Source: an uncultured Gemmatimonadales bacterium (GTDB lineage: Bacteria; Gemmatimonadota; Gemmatimonadetes; Gemmatimonadales; Gemmatimonadaceae). From it: a DNA stretch of 64,000 nucleotides. Of this stretch, positions 40,260 to 50,716 are shown in pieces (the stretch's first letter is position 1; each line of letters opens with the position of its first letter). The stretch is from positions 1,152,001-1,216,000 of the forward strand of contig CAVPQB010000004.1 in the NCBI GenBank assembly GCA_963707505.1. Direction: 5' to 3'. The position numbers and the translations under genes were made by a program. Below the pieces are notes generated by a model. It ran no database searches, was not told where the DNA came from, and saw only the letters and a program-made list of their open reading frames with translations.

Positions 40260-42510
40260 ATGATGAAACGAATTGAACGACAGTTCGCCGGCCGGACCCT
40301 GAGCATCGAGACAGGCCGCATGGCGAAACAGGCAGCGGGCTCCGCGCTCGTGCAGTTCGGCGACACGATGGTTCTCGCCGCCGTCACCGTCAGCGACAAC
40401 GAAAGCACGCTCCCATTCTTCCCGCTCACCGTCGAGTACCGCGACAAGGCCTACGCCGCGGGCAAGATTCCCGGCGGCTTCATCAAGCGCGAAGGCCGTC
40501 CGCAGGACACCGAGATCCTCTCGGCGCGAATCATCGACCGATCGATCCGGCCGCTGTTCCCGGAAGGCTTCAAGAACGAGATCCAGGTCTTCGTCTACGT
40601 CATCTCGGCCGATCAGGAGAACGACGCCGACGTGCTGGCGCTCGCTCGCGACGTCGTTCGCGCTCAACGCTTCGAAGATCCCGTTCATCGGCCCGATCGC
40701 CGCTGTTCGCGTCGGCCGCGTGCAGGACAAGTGGGTTCTCAACCCGACATTCCAGCAGCTCCAGCTACAGCGACATGGACATCGTCGTCGCGGCATCGCA
40801 GGACTCGATCGTGATGGTCGAGGGCGGCGCGATCGAAGTCAGCTGAAGACGGATGTCCTCGACGCGCTGCACCGTCGCGCACAAGGGGATCCAGGAGCTG
40901 TCGCGATGCAGGAAGAGCTGCTCGCCAACAGCCGCCAGCCCGAAGATGGCGTGGACGAAGGCCGAGCCACCGCCGGGCTCGACCAGCGCGCGTCGACGAA
41001 GCTGGCCGAAGGGAAAGATCGCCGAGGCGATCAACCAGGCGGACAAGCACACGCGCATCGAAGCCAGTCGAGCGGTCAAGAAGGCCGCAGTCGAGCAGCT
41101 CGCTCGCCGAATTCCCGGACAACTCGAAGGACATCGCGAACCTCGTCGGCGACCTCGAGTACAACGCGCTCCGCTCGCAGGTGCTCGACACCAGGCATCG
41201 CGTCGACGGCCGCACGCACCACCGAAGTGCGCCCGATCACGATCGACACGCAGCGTGCTTCCGCGCGCGCACGGCTCCGCGCTCTTCACGCGCGGTCAGA
41301 CGCAGGCGCTCGTCGCCGTGACGCTCGGCACCGCGAACGACGTGCAGCGTCTCGACTCGATCGACGATGCGGGCGAGACGACCAAGTCGTTCATGCTCCA
41401 CTACAACTTCCCGCCGTTCTCGACCGGTGAAGTTCGCCCGATGCGCGGCACCAGCCGTCGCGAGATCGGACACGGAAATCTCGCCGAGCGCGCGTTGCAG
41501 CGCGGTGCTGCCGCCGTTCGAGGAATTCCCGTACACGATTCGCATCGTCTCCGACATTCTCGAGTCCAACGGATCGTCGTCGATGGCGTCGGTCTGCGGC
41601 GGCTCGCTCGCGCTGTTCGACGCCGGCGTTCCACTTCGCTCGCCAGTCGCCGGCGTCGCGATGGGCCTCATCAAGGAAGGCGAGCAGTACGCGATCCTCA
41701 CCGACATCCTCGGCACCGAGGATCACCTCGGCGACATGGACTTCAAGGTCGCGGGAACGGAGAAGGGAATCACGTCGATCCAGATGGACATCAAGATCGA
41801 GGGACTCGATCTCAAGATCATGAAGGAAGCGATGGCGCAGGCGCGCGAAGGCCGCCTGCACATCCTCGGCGAGATGAACAAGGCGCTGCCGAGCCGCGCG
41901 CCGATCTTTCGCAGTACGCGCCGCGCATCGTCACGATGAACATCAATCCCGAGAAGATCGGCGAGCTGATCGGACCGAAGGGCAAGACGATCCGCGGCAT
42001 CCAGGAAGAGACTGGCGCCGAGATCAGCGTCGACGACAGCGGCACTGGTGACGATCGCCGCCGTTGGCGGCGAGGCGATGGAGCGGGCGCGGCAGATGGT
42101 TCAGGCGATCACCGCCGAGCCAGTAGATCGGCGAGACGTACGAAGGCACGGTGAAGAGCACGACCGCGTTCGGCGCGTTCGTCGAGATCATGCCGGGCAC
42201 CGAGGGTCTGGTTCACATCTCCGAGCTCAAGCACGGCCGCACCGAGAAGACCGAAGACGTCGTCAAGAAGGGCGATCGCGTTCGGTGAAGCTTCTCGATC
42301 GCGATGAGCGTGGACGTCTTCGTCTGTCGATGAAGGCACTCGAAGCCGCGCCGGAAGGTGAGTTCGTCGAGCGGCGAGCGTGCTCCGCGCGGCGAATCGT
42401 CTGCAGCGAAGCTGACGGTGAAGAGCGATCAGGGCGAACAGTGAGCGCAGTGAGCGCAGGCCGAGCGCCCGCGACGGCCGCGCAGCGGTGGGCGTGGGCG
42501 CAGGGATTAG
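40260..42510 (+). CDS. pnp: Polyribonucleotide nucleotidyltransferase (many indels)
   Basis: [63 protein letters not shown] and S1 domains spread over several frames. Confidence 0.94.
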
Positions 42511-43768
42511 CGCGCACCGGGGCGGACGTCCAGCGGACCGTTCTCCCGAACGGCCTGACCGTGCTCTCGGAGCACATGTTCCGGGAGTGCGGTCGGTTGC
42601 CTTTGGGGCGTGGGTACGCGCCGCAACGTTGCACGAGCGTGCCGAGAAGATGGGCATCTCGCACATGCTCGAGCACATGGTATTCAAGGGCACGCGAGAC
42701 GCGTAGCGCGAAGGACATCAGCTCTTGCGCTCGAGACTCTCGGCGGCTCGCTCGATGCGTACACCGCGCGCGAGCACACCGTCGTATCAGGCGCGAGTGC
42801 TGGACGAGCACATGCGCGATGCAGCGGACGTGATCGGCGATCTCGTCTTCCATCCCGTGCTTCGCGCCGCGGATCTCAAGCTCGAGCGCAAGGTCGTGCT
42901 CGAGGAGATCGCCATGGTGGACGACACGCCAGACGATCTCGTGTTCGAGGTCCACAACGAGCAGCTGTGGGGCGACAACGGCTACGGTTACCGCATTCTC
43001 GGAACGCGGGACACCGTCGCCTCGCTCACGACCAATGATCTGCGCGACGCTGCACGCAGCGTGCTTACCGACCCGGAAACATCGTGGTCGCTGCCGCGGG
43101 CATCGATCGATCACGACGAGCTGGTGAACATTCTTGGCGAGACCGGCTGGCTCGATGCTCCTGCGGGCGGTATCGACTTCGCCGCGCCGCCTCCGGCGTT
43201 TCAGGCACCTTCGTACACGCACGTCGAGCGGACGGGCGCGCAGACGCACTCGTTTTTGGGAGCGACGGCGTCCGCGCACGGTGACGACGGCGATATGCGT
43301 TCTGTCTCGTCAGCATGCTGCTCGGCGGTGGAATGAGCTCGCGACTGTTTCAGCACGTGCGTGAGGAGTTGGGACTGGCCTACTCCGTGCATACTTTCTC
43401 GTCGTTCTATTCGCGCGCGGGGATGCACGGGGTGTATGTTGGTACGTCACCAGAATCGGCGGACGAGGCGGCGGACGCGGTCAATCGCGGAGCTTGCGCG
43501 TATCGCGATCGATGGTGTTCCGGCGGATGAGCTCGTCGCCGGCAAACAGCAGTTGAAGGGTCAGATTACACTCTCGCTCGAGAGCACCGAGTGCGCGCAT
43601 GTACCGCGCGGCCGGACTCGAGCTGTACGACGAGCCGTTCCGCTCACTCGATGAGATGCTTGTCGCTGGTGGATGCGATCGATGAGCAGACGGTATCGGA
43701 AGTTTGCTCTGCGTGTTTTGCAGCCGTCCGGACAGACAGTAGTCAGCCTCGGACCTGCACCTCGCTAA
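42507..43768 (+). CDS. M16 (pitrilysin-family) peptidase (many indels; start approximate)
   Basis: LPNGLTV, HMLEH inverted zinc motif, [32 protein letters not shown]. Confidence 0.88.
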
Positions 43769-43790
43769 TCAATTCCTGTACGATACGGCC

Positions 43791-44909
43791 ATGAAGATCG
43801 GAGTCCCGAAGGAAATAAAGACTAACGAGAACCGCATCGCGCTCGTGCCTGCGGGCGCGGAAGCACTCGTATCGGCAGGTCACTCGGTGATGATCGAGAA
43901 GGGCGGCGGCGAGGGAAGCGGATTCTCCGACGAGATGTACATCGTCGGTTGGCGCGACCATCGGTCCTGATGCTGATACTGTCTGGCGCGAAGCTGACAT
44001 GATCATGAAGGTCAAGGAGCCCATCGCGGTCGGAATGGCCGCGTATGAAGAAGGGCCAGGTGATCTTCACGTACTTCCATTTTGCCGCCGATGAGAAGCT
44101 GACCAGGGCGCACATGGACAGCGGCGCAATCTGCATCGCGTACGAGACAGTGGAGCTCACGAACCGTGAGCTGCCGCTCCTCACGCCCATGTCGGAAGTC
44201 GCTGGCCGGATGGCGGTGCAGGAAGGGGCCAAGTACCTCGAGAAGCTCTACGGCGGCCGCGGCGTCCTGCTGGGCGGCGTCCCGGGCGTGGCGCCGGCCA
44301 AGGTCGTGATCATCGGTGGCGGCGTGGTCGGCGTCAACGCCGCCAAGATGGCCGCCGGACTCGGCGCCAAGGTAACGGTGCTCGACGTGTCGCTCGAGCG
44401 TCTGCGCTACCTCTCCGACGTCATGCCGGCCAACGTGACGCTGATCTACTCCAATCGGCACAACATCCTGGAGCAGATCCGTACCGCCGACCTGGTCGTC
44501 GGAGGCGTTCTGATTCCTGGCGCCAAGGCGCCCGAAGCTGGTTCGCCGCGAGGATCTCAAGACCATGCAGCCGGGCTCGGTGATCGTCGACGTCGCGATC
44601 GATCAGGGCGGCTGCGTCGAGACGATCCACGCGACGACGCACGAGAACCCGACCTACGTCGTGGACGGCGTGATCCACTACGGCGTCGCGAACATGCCGG
44701 GCGGCGTGCCTCGCACCTCCACGCTGGCGCTCACCAATGCTACCTTCCCGTACGCGCTGCTTCTCGCGAACAAGGGTTGGAAGCAGGCGCTTCGCGATAA
44801 TGCCGCGTTGCGAAAGGGCCTCAACATCGTCGAGGGCAAGGTCACCTATCCTGGAGTGGCCGAAGCTTTCGGAATGCCGTTATCCGATCCGGACGCGTTC
44901 ATCAAGTAG
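43791..44909 (+). CDS. ald: Alanine dehydrogenase (indels near 43950, 44030, 44535)
   Basis: [52 protein letters not shown]. Confidence 0.94.
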
Positions 44910-44945
44910 TCCGGTACCACCCTCGTAACTTGTAGGAAAGCACGC

Positions 44946-45983
44946 ATGCGCTGGCCGTTCTTCAAAGGTGGGTCCTTCTTCCCGGCGACCGGGATCGCCG
45001 TCGACCTCGGGACCGCGAACACTCTTGTCTATGTAAAGGGTGAAGGGATCGTTCTGAACGAACCCTCCGTCGTCGCGCTCGATCGCGAAACCAAGAAGGT
45101 GAAGGGCGTTGGCCTCGAGGCCAAGCGCATGCTCGGACGCACGCCAGAGAACGTTCTGGCGGTGCGCCCCATGAAGGACGGCGTCATCGCCGACTTCGAC
45201 GTCACTGAGAAGATGCTGCGCTATTTTCTGGCGCTCATCATCGAAAACCACGTTTTCCGCGTGAAGCCGCGCGTGATCGTATGCGTGCCTTCCGGGATCA
45301 CCGAGGTCGAGAAGCGCGCGGTTCGTGATTCCGCGCTCGGCGCAGGCGCCAAGGAAGTGATGATGGTCGCCGAGCCGATGGCGGCAGCGATCGGCGTTGG
45401 GTTGCCGGTCGACACGCCGACGGGCAACATGGTCATCGACATTGGTGGCGGAACAACTGAAATTGCAGTAATTGCGCTTTCGGGCATCGTCAGCGACACG
45501 TCGATCCGCACTGGCGGCGACGAGCTGGATCAGGCGATTCTCCAGTTCATGCGCAAGAATCACAGTCTGCTGATCGGCGAGGCGACTGCCGAGCAGGTGA
45601 AGATTCAGATCGGCTCCGCCCATCCGGTCGGCGACGAGCGCGAGATGGACGTTAAGGGGCGCGATCTCGTGTCGGGGATTCCCAAGACCGTTCGCGTTCA
45701 CTCGTCCGAGATCCGCGAGGCGGTGCAGGAGCCAATCCAGCAGATCGTGGATGCTGTGCGTCGCGCTCTCGAGATCACACCGCCCGAGCTCGCGGCAGAC
45801 ATCGTCGATCGCGGTATCGTGATGACCGGCGGCGGCGCTCTGATTCGCGGCCTCGACGTTCTACTTGCTCAGGAAACCGGCCTCTCAATTCATGTTGACG
45901 AAGATCCGCTGACGTGCGTCGTGCGCGGCACTGGCCGGATCCTCGACGACGAAGAAAAGTACTGGTCGGTTCTCTCCCCCTGA
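44946..45983 (+). CDS. mreB: Rod shape-determining protein MreB
   Basis: [41 protein letters not shown]. Confidence 0.97.
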   Translation: MRWPFFKGGSFFPATGIAVDLGTANTLVYVKGEGIVLNEPSVVALDRETKKVKGVGLEAKRMLGRTPENVLAVRPMKDGVIADFDVTEKMLRYFLALIIENHVFRVKPRVIVCVPSGITEVEKRAVRDSALGAGAKEVMMVAEPMAAAIGVGLPVDTPTGNMVIDIGGGTTEIAVIALSGIVSDTSIRTGGDELDQAILQFMRKNHSLLIGEATAEQVKIQIGSAHPVGDEREMDVKGRDLVSGIPKTVRVHSSEIREAVQEPIQQIVDAVRRALEITPPELAADIVDRGIVMTGGGALIRGLDVLLAQETGLSIHVDEDPLTCVVRGTGRILDDEEKYWSVLSP

Positions 45984-45991
45984 GGTAGAGG

Positions 45992-47116
45992 GTGGCGCGC
46001 CTCGGACGCTCGAACAACCGGATCGATAGCACCGTACTGCTCGTCTGCGCGGTTCTCTCGTTGATCGCGCTCGTCCTTCCGACACAGGTGCGCGAACCAA
46101 TCGCGAGCGGCCTCCGGCGCAGCATACTGGCTCCGTTGCTCAGATTGCAGCAGAGCGCCGAGGAGAGCCGGCGCGCCCTCACGATGCACGACGCGGTGGT
46201 ATCGCAGCGTGATTCGATTGCGCTCCGCGAAATGGGTGTCGGGTCTCTGGAAACGGAGAACGTGCGCTTACGCGAAATTCTGGGACTTGGCAGCCGTCTC
46301 AAATGGGGATTCGTCCCGGCGGAGGCGCTGCATGGCCGCGGCGTCCGTGACGAGTTCGGCGTGACGCTGAGCGCCGGCTCACGCGCTGGCGTGCTGAAGC
46401 TGAGCCCCGTCGTCGGGCCCGAAGGCCTTATCGGTGTCGTCGACAACGTGGACCCCATGATCAGCCACGCGATGGTGTGGACTCATCCGGATTTTCGCGT
46501 AAGCGCGATGTCCGAGGATGCCTCCGCGTTCGGGATCGTGCAGGCACATCTCGAGTCAGGTGCGGGGCGCTATCTCATGGAAATGCGCGGAGTTCCGTTC
46601 CGCACCTCGATCAAGCCGGGAACGATGGTTGTGAGCTCCGGACTCGGCGGCGTCTATCCCCGCGGCATTCCGATCGGACGTGTAATTGGGGAGACGAAGA
46701 CCGCCGAAACGTGGGCTCGGACGTATCTCATCCGTCCGGCCGTCTTTCCGGCGGACGTGTATGCAGTGATGATACTTCGGCCGGACCGCGCTACCGCTGG
46801 CGTCGATAACGTCTGGGCTGTCGGCACGATCGCAGACTCATCCGTTCGGAAAGTCGTGGCCGCCGGTGACTCGCTCGCACGCACAGCCGCACTCGCAGAG
46901 GCAACGGCGCGTCAGGCGGTGCAGGACTCCATCACGCGCGACAGCCTGAGACGCGCCGGAGTCCCCGAGCAGAGCATCGTTCCCCCCGATAGCGTTGTAA
47001 AGGTGCGGCGTCCAATCGTGCGCCGCGACAGCGTCCGGGTCGACACGACGTACCGGGATACGTCGCGTCGCGCGCCGGCGCGACGCGACTCAGTCCCCGT
47101 TCCGCACACTCCATGA
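45992..47116 (+). CDS. mreC: Rod shape-determining protein MreC with C-terminal DS/DT-rich tail
   Basis: TM, coiled coil ENVRLREILG, GLIGVV, SSGLGGVYPRGIPIG; position after mreB. Confidence 0.92.
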   Translation: MARLGRSNNRIDSTVLLVCAVLSLIALVLPTQVREPIASGLRRSILAPLLRLQQSAEESRRALTMHDAVVSQRDSIALREMGVGSLETENVRLREILGLGSRLKWGFVPAEALHGRGVRDEFGVTLSAGSRAGVLKLSPVVGPEGLIGVVDNVDPMISHAMVWTHPDFRVSAMSEDASAFGIVQAHLESGAGRYLMEMRGVPFRTSIKPGTMVVSSGLGGVYPRGIPIGRVIGETKTAETWARTYLIRPAVFPADVYAVMILRPDRATAGVDNVWAVGTIADSSVRKVVAAGDSLARTAALAEATARQAVQDSITRDSLRRAGVPEQSIVPPDSVVKVRRPIVRRDSVRVDTTYRDTSRRAPARRDSVPVPHTP

Positions 47117-47166
47117 CGGCTACCAGAACGGATACCAGAACGGCTACCATGACGGCTACCGCATGA
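47113..47166 (+). repeat. 4 x 12-bp tandem repeat forming the 17-codon mini-ORF MTATRTDTRTATMTATA
   Basis: Units ATGACGGCTACC / AGAACGGATACC / AGAACGGCTACC / ATGACGGCTACC then GCATGA. Confidence 0.8.
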
Positions 47167-47651
47167 CGATAGCTGGAATCTTCCGGGCAGTCATCACGTT
47201 TGCGGTGTTGGTACTTTTGCACTTCACGCTGCGTCCGTTGCTGGGCTGGCGGGCGCCTATCGACTTTCTGCTGCTCGCCGTTCTTACTTCGGCGGTGCGT
47301 GTTCGTCCCGCTGGTGCAGTCGTCATCGGATTCGTCGTCGGAATCGTGGCGGACTCGCTATCGCCGGACACACTCGGCGCCGGCGCACTGGCCATGATAT
47401 TCGTCGCATATCTCGCGTCGTGGCTCAAGGCTGTTTTTTTTGCGGACAGTCTGCCGCTCAACGCGATGTTCTTCTTTGCAGGAAAGTGGCTCTTCGATAT
47501 TGTTTACTTTATTGCGGAGCATCGGCTTTCTGGAATTGATCTCGTGCAGCAACTTGTTCTCTGGTCGCCGTTGTCGGCGGCTGCAACGGCGCTCGCGGGC
47601 GTCGTATTCCTGCTCGTGACGCGTCCATTTCTGGAGCCGGCGCCAGGGTGA
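47163..47651 (+). CDS. mreD: Rod shape-determining protein MreD
   Basis: Very hydrophobic 162 aa, GFVVGIVADSL; between mreC and mrdA. Confidence 0.88.
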   Translation: MTIAGIFRAVITFAVLVLLHFTLRPLLGWRAPIDFLLLAVLTSAVRVRPAGAVVIGFVVGIVADSLSPDTLGAGALAMIFVAYLASWLKAVFFADSLPLNAMFFFAGKWLFDIVYFIAEHRLSGIDLVQQLVLWSPLSAAATALAGVVFLLVTRPFLEPAPG

Positions 47652-49426
47652 GCGTTCATCCGAACGACATTGCCCGCCGCTCACGCGTAGCGAAGGCCGG
47701 CCTTGGTGTGGTCATCCTTTCGTTGATGGGCGCGTTCTTCAACGCACAGGTTCTGCAGCACGACCGCTACAAGCTGCAGTCGCAGGAGAATCGCCTCCGC
47801 GCGCTGCCACTGGCTGCGCCGCGCGGCATCATCTACGACAGATTCGGCAACATCATCGCCGAGAACCTGCCGGGTTACGCCGTGTCGATAGCACCGGTGA
47901 ACACCGACTCGCTCAAGTCATCGCTGGAGCATCTTTCGAGCGTAATATCGCTCTCTCCGGACCAGATCGACGCTGCGTTGCGACGCTATCGGCGTGATCC
48001 CAATCGTCCGACGCTTATAATGTCGGACGCGTCGATGAGCGTCGTGTCGGTGCTCGAAGAGCATCGCATCAACTTCCCGCGTCTCATCATTCAATCGGTG
48101 CCGAAACGGTTCTATCCCGATGGCCCCGCTGTCGCATCGTTCGTCGGGTACACCGGCGAAATCACGGATGCAGATCTCAATTCGCCGGCGTACGACGGCT
48201 ACAAGCCGGGTCAGCTCGTCGGCAAGGGCGGTATCGAGAAGGAATACGAAAAAGTTCTGCGTGGCCGCGAGGGAGTCCGTTACGATGAAGTCGATGCGCG
48301 CGGACGCCAGGTGCGTCAGGCAACGCCGCGGCTCGATCTCAATCCGGAGCCAGGGCCGCCGCTACATACCAACATCGATCTTGACCTGCAGCGGTACGTC
48401 GCGGGCGTGTTCGGCGATTCGCTTGTCGGCGGTGCGATCGCGCTGGATCCGCGCGATGGCGGTGTGCTGGCATTGTACAGTGCGCCGAGCTACGACGTCA
48501 ACAAGTTCACCGGCGGCATACCGGCTGACTACTGGAAGGGATTGCTGGCGGACGAGCGACGCCCGCTTGTGAACAAGGTGACCCAGGGCCGTTATCCGCC
48601 AGGCTCGACATTCAAGCTCGCCACGGCCGTTACCGGTCTGGAAGACGGCCTCGTGACGCTGGACGAGCAGATGCCCGTACCGTGCACCGGTGGTTTTCAA
48701 TACGGCAACAGGTACTTCAAGTGCTGGGACAAGAAAGGGCATGGCAGCATATCGCTGGCTCGCGCTATCGAGGTGTCGTGCGACGTGTACTTCTACCAGC
48801 TCGGGTTGAAAATCGGTTTGTCGCGCATGATCGCGGGCGGCATTTCGCTTGGAATGCGCGACAAGACCGGTATCGATCTTCCAGACGAGAAGCGCGCGCT
48901 GTGGCCGTACGCGGTGGACTACTACAACAAGACGTATGGCGCGCGTGGCTGGAGCAACGCCGTGACCCTCAACCTTTCCATCGGGCAGGGCGAGAATTCG
49001 CAGACCGTGGTGAACATGGCGAAGTTCTACGCCGCGCTCGCGACCGACGGCAAGGCACCGACACCGGAAATCGTGAAGCGGGCTCCGGTCAGGACGCAGA
49101 TTTTCAAACTTGATCAACAGCAGATGGATGGGCTCCGCACAGCGCTCGCTGGCGTCATCGGCCAGGGCACCGCACAATCAGCGCGCATTCAGGGAATAAT
49201 GCTCGCAGGCAAGACGGGAACGGCTCAGACCGGCAAGCGAGTCAACGGTGTCGAGCTCAACCACGCGTGGTTCGTTGGTTTCGCACCGGCTGACAAACCG
49301 ACGATTGTCGTGGCGGTGATGCTCGAATATGGTGGACACGGTGGCCGCGCAGCTCACGTAGCATCGTCCATCATATCTCACTATCTCAAGGTCGCACCGG
49401 TGACGGCCGTGCAGTCGGAGGGTTGA
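47648..49426 (+). CDS. mrdA: Penicillin-binding protein 2
   Basis: APRGIIYDR, YPPGSTFK (SxxK), SCDVYFY, KTGTAQ. Confidence 0.95.
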   Translation: MSVHPNDIARRSRVAKAGLGVVILSLMGAFFNAQVLQHDRYKLQSQENRLRALPLAAPRGIIYDRFGNIIAENLPGYAVSIAPVNTDSLKSSLEHLSSVISLSPDQIDAALRRYRRDPNRPTLIMSDASMSVVSVLEEHRINFPRLIIQSVPKRFYPDGPAVASFVGYTGEITDADLNSPAYDGYKPGQLVGKGGIEKEYEKVLRGREGVRYDEVDARGRQVRQATPRLDLNPEPGPPLHTNIDLDLQRYVAGVFGDSLVGGAIALDPRDGGVLALYSAPSYDVNKFTGGIPADYWKGLLADERRPLVNKVTQGRYPPGSTFKLATAVTGLEDGLVTLDEQMPVPCTGGFQYGNRYFKCWDKKGHGSISLARAIEVSCDVYFYQLGLKIGLSRMIAGGISLGMRDKTGIDLPDEKRALWPYAVDYYNKTYGARGWSNAVTLNLSIGQGENSQTVVNMAKFYAALATDGKAPTPEIVKRAPVRTQIFKLDQQQMDGLRTALAGVIGQGTAQSARIQGIMLAGKTGTAQTGKRVNGVELNHAWFVGFAPADKPTIVVAVMLEYGGHGGRAAHVASSIISHYLKVAPVTAVQSEG

Positions 49427-50673
49427 TGTTCAGAAACACACTCACCGACTATCCGCTCGCGGCGACGGCGATAGCCCTTTCGCTCTTCGGTGTTGCGATC
49501 GTGTACTCCGCCGGGCAGACGGACATACCAACGTATGTCGCTCCGCTCTGGAAATCGCAGCTGATGTGGCTATGTCTCGGCGTGCTGTGCGCATGGGGCA
49601 TTGGCAACTCGTCCGTAAGGATGATCGAGTGGGTCACGTGGCCCGCATATCTGCTCACGCTGCTCACGCTGGCATCGCTGCTCGTGCTCGGCACGGGAAC
49701 GGGCGCCAACGGTCACATGCGCAGTTGGTTGGCGATCGGTGGTCATCGGTTGGGTCAACCCGCCGAGCTGGCCAAGATCATCGTGGTGCTGATGCTGGCG
49801 AAGGTGCTCGCAGAACGAAGAGAGGCGCCCAAATCGCTGCTGGAGTTATGGAAGCCGGGACTGGTGGTGGGTGTGCCGTTCGCGATGATCATGCTGCAAC
49901 CGGATCTCGGTTCGGCGATCGTATTCGTCGGAATCTTTTTCGGGATGTTGTTCTGGTCCGGCGTACCGTGGCCATTGCTGGTACTGCTGGCCAGTCCGGT
50001 GGTGAGCCTCGTGCTGTCGTTCAGTACGGGATTGTGGGGTGCGTGGTTCCTCGTCCTGATCGCTCTCGTGCTGTGGTACAAACCATATCTGCTCGAAGGG
50101 ATCGTGCTCGTCGTCGCGAACGTCGTGACCGGTGTCATTGCGCCCATACTGTGGGAAAAACTCGCGCCGTATCAGCAGAACCGGCTCAAGGTGTTTCTGG
50201 ATCCATCGGCTGATCCGCGCGCTTCGGGCTATCACGTTCTGCAATCAAAGATCGCGATCGGATCGGGCGGATTGCTCGGTAACGGCTTTACACTGGGCAC
50301 GCAGAAGCGAAGCGGCTTTTTACCCGAGCAGCACACCGACTTTATCTTCGCGGTTGTAGGGGAGGAGCTGGGATTCATCGGAGTCGCGCTGGCGCTGGCG
50401 CTGTTCCTGGCCCTCCTGCTTCGCGCGACGCGGATTGCATCGCGGGCGAACGATTCGTTCGGCAGCCTCGCCGCATTCGGGTTGATGTCGTGCTGGCTGG
50501 TGCACGTCGTCGTGAATATCGGCATGACGCTCAATCTCATGCCGATCACGGGAATCCCGCTGCCATTCTTCAGCTACGGCGGCTCGTTCATGCTGGCGAG
50601 CTGGCTTGGCGTTGGAGTGTTGCTACGTATCTCGGGCGAGGGCAGGGGACACGCGGGCGCGCTGCTGTCGTAG
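49423..50673 (+). CDS. rodA: SEDS protein RodA
   Basis: QPAELAK, QPDLGS, SKIAIGSGG, PEQHTDFIF, TGIPLPFFSYGGS. Confidence 0.95.
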   Translation: MMFRNTLTDYPLAATAIALSLFGVAIVYSAGQTDIPTYVAPLWKSQLMWLCLGVLCAWGIGNSSVRMIEWVTWPAYLLTLLTLASLLVLGTGTGANGHMRSWLAIGGHRLGQPAELAKIIVVLMLAKVLAERREAPKSLLELWKPGLVVGVPFAMIMLQPDLGSAIVFVGIFFGMLFWSGVPWPLLVLLASPVVSLVLSFSTGLWGAWFLVLIALVLWYKPYLLEGIVLVVANVVTGVIAPILWEKLAPYQQNRLKVFLDPSADPRASGYHVLQSKIAIGSGGLLGNGFTLGTQKRSGFLPEQHTDFIFAVVGEELGFIGVALALALFLALLLRATRIASRANDSFGSLAAFGLMSCWLVHVVVNIGMTLNLMPITGIPLPFFSYGGSFMLASWLGVGVLLRISGEGRGHAGALLS

Positions 50674-50716
50674 GCAGGTAGCTGGAGAGGCGTCCTGCAT
50701 CCTCCCGGTACGGTAG

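Noticed and set aside
40840..40850. Apparent in-frame TGA in pnp as recoding (selenocysteine/readthrough)
   Set aside because: It lies in the indel-rich zone and the protein resumes in a different frame; genes elsewhere use TGA as a normal stop
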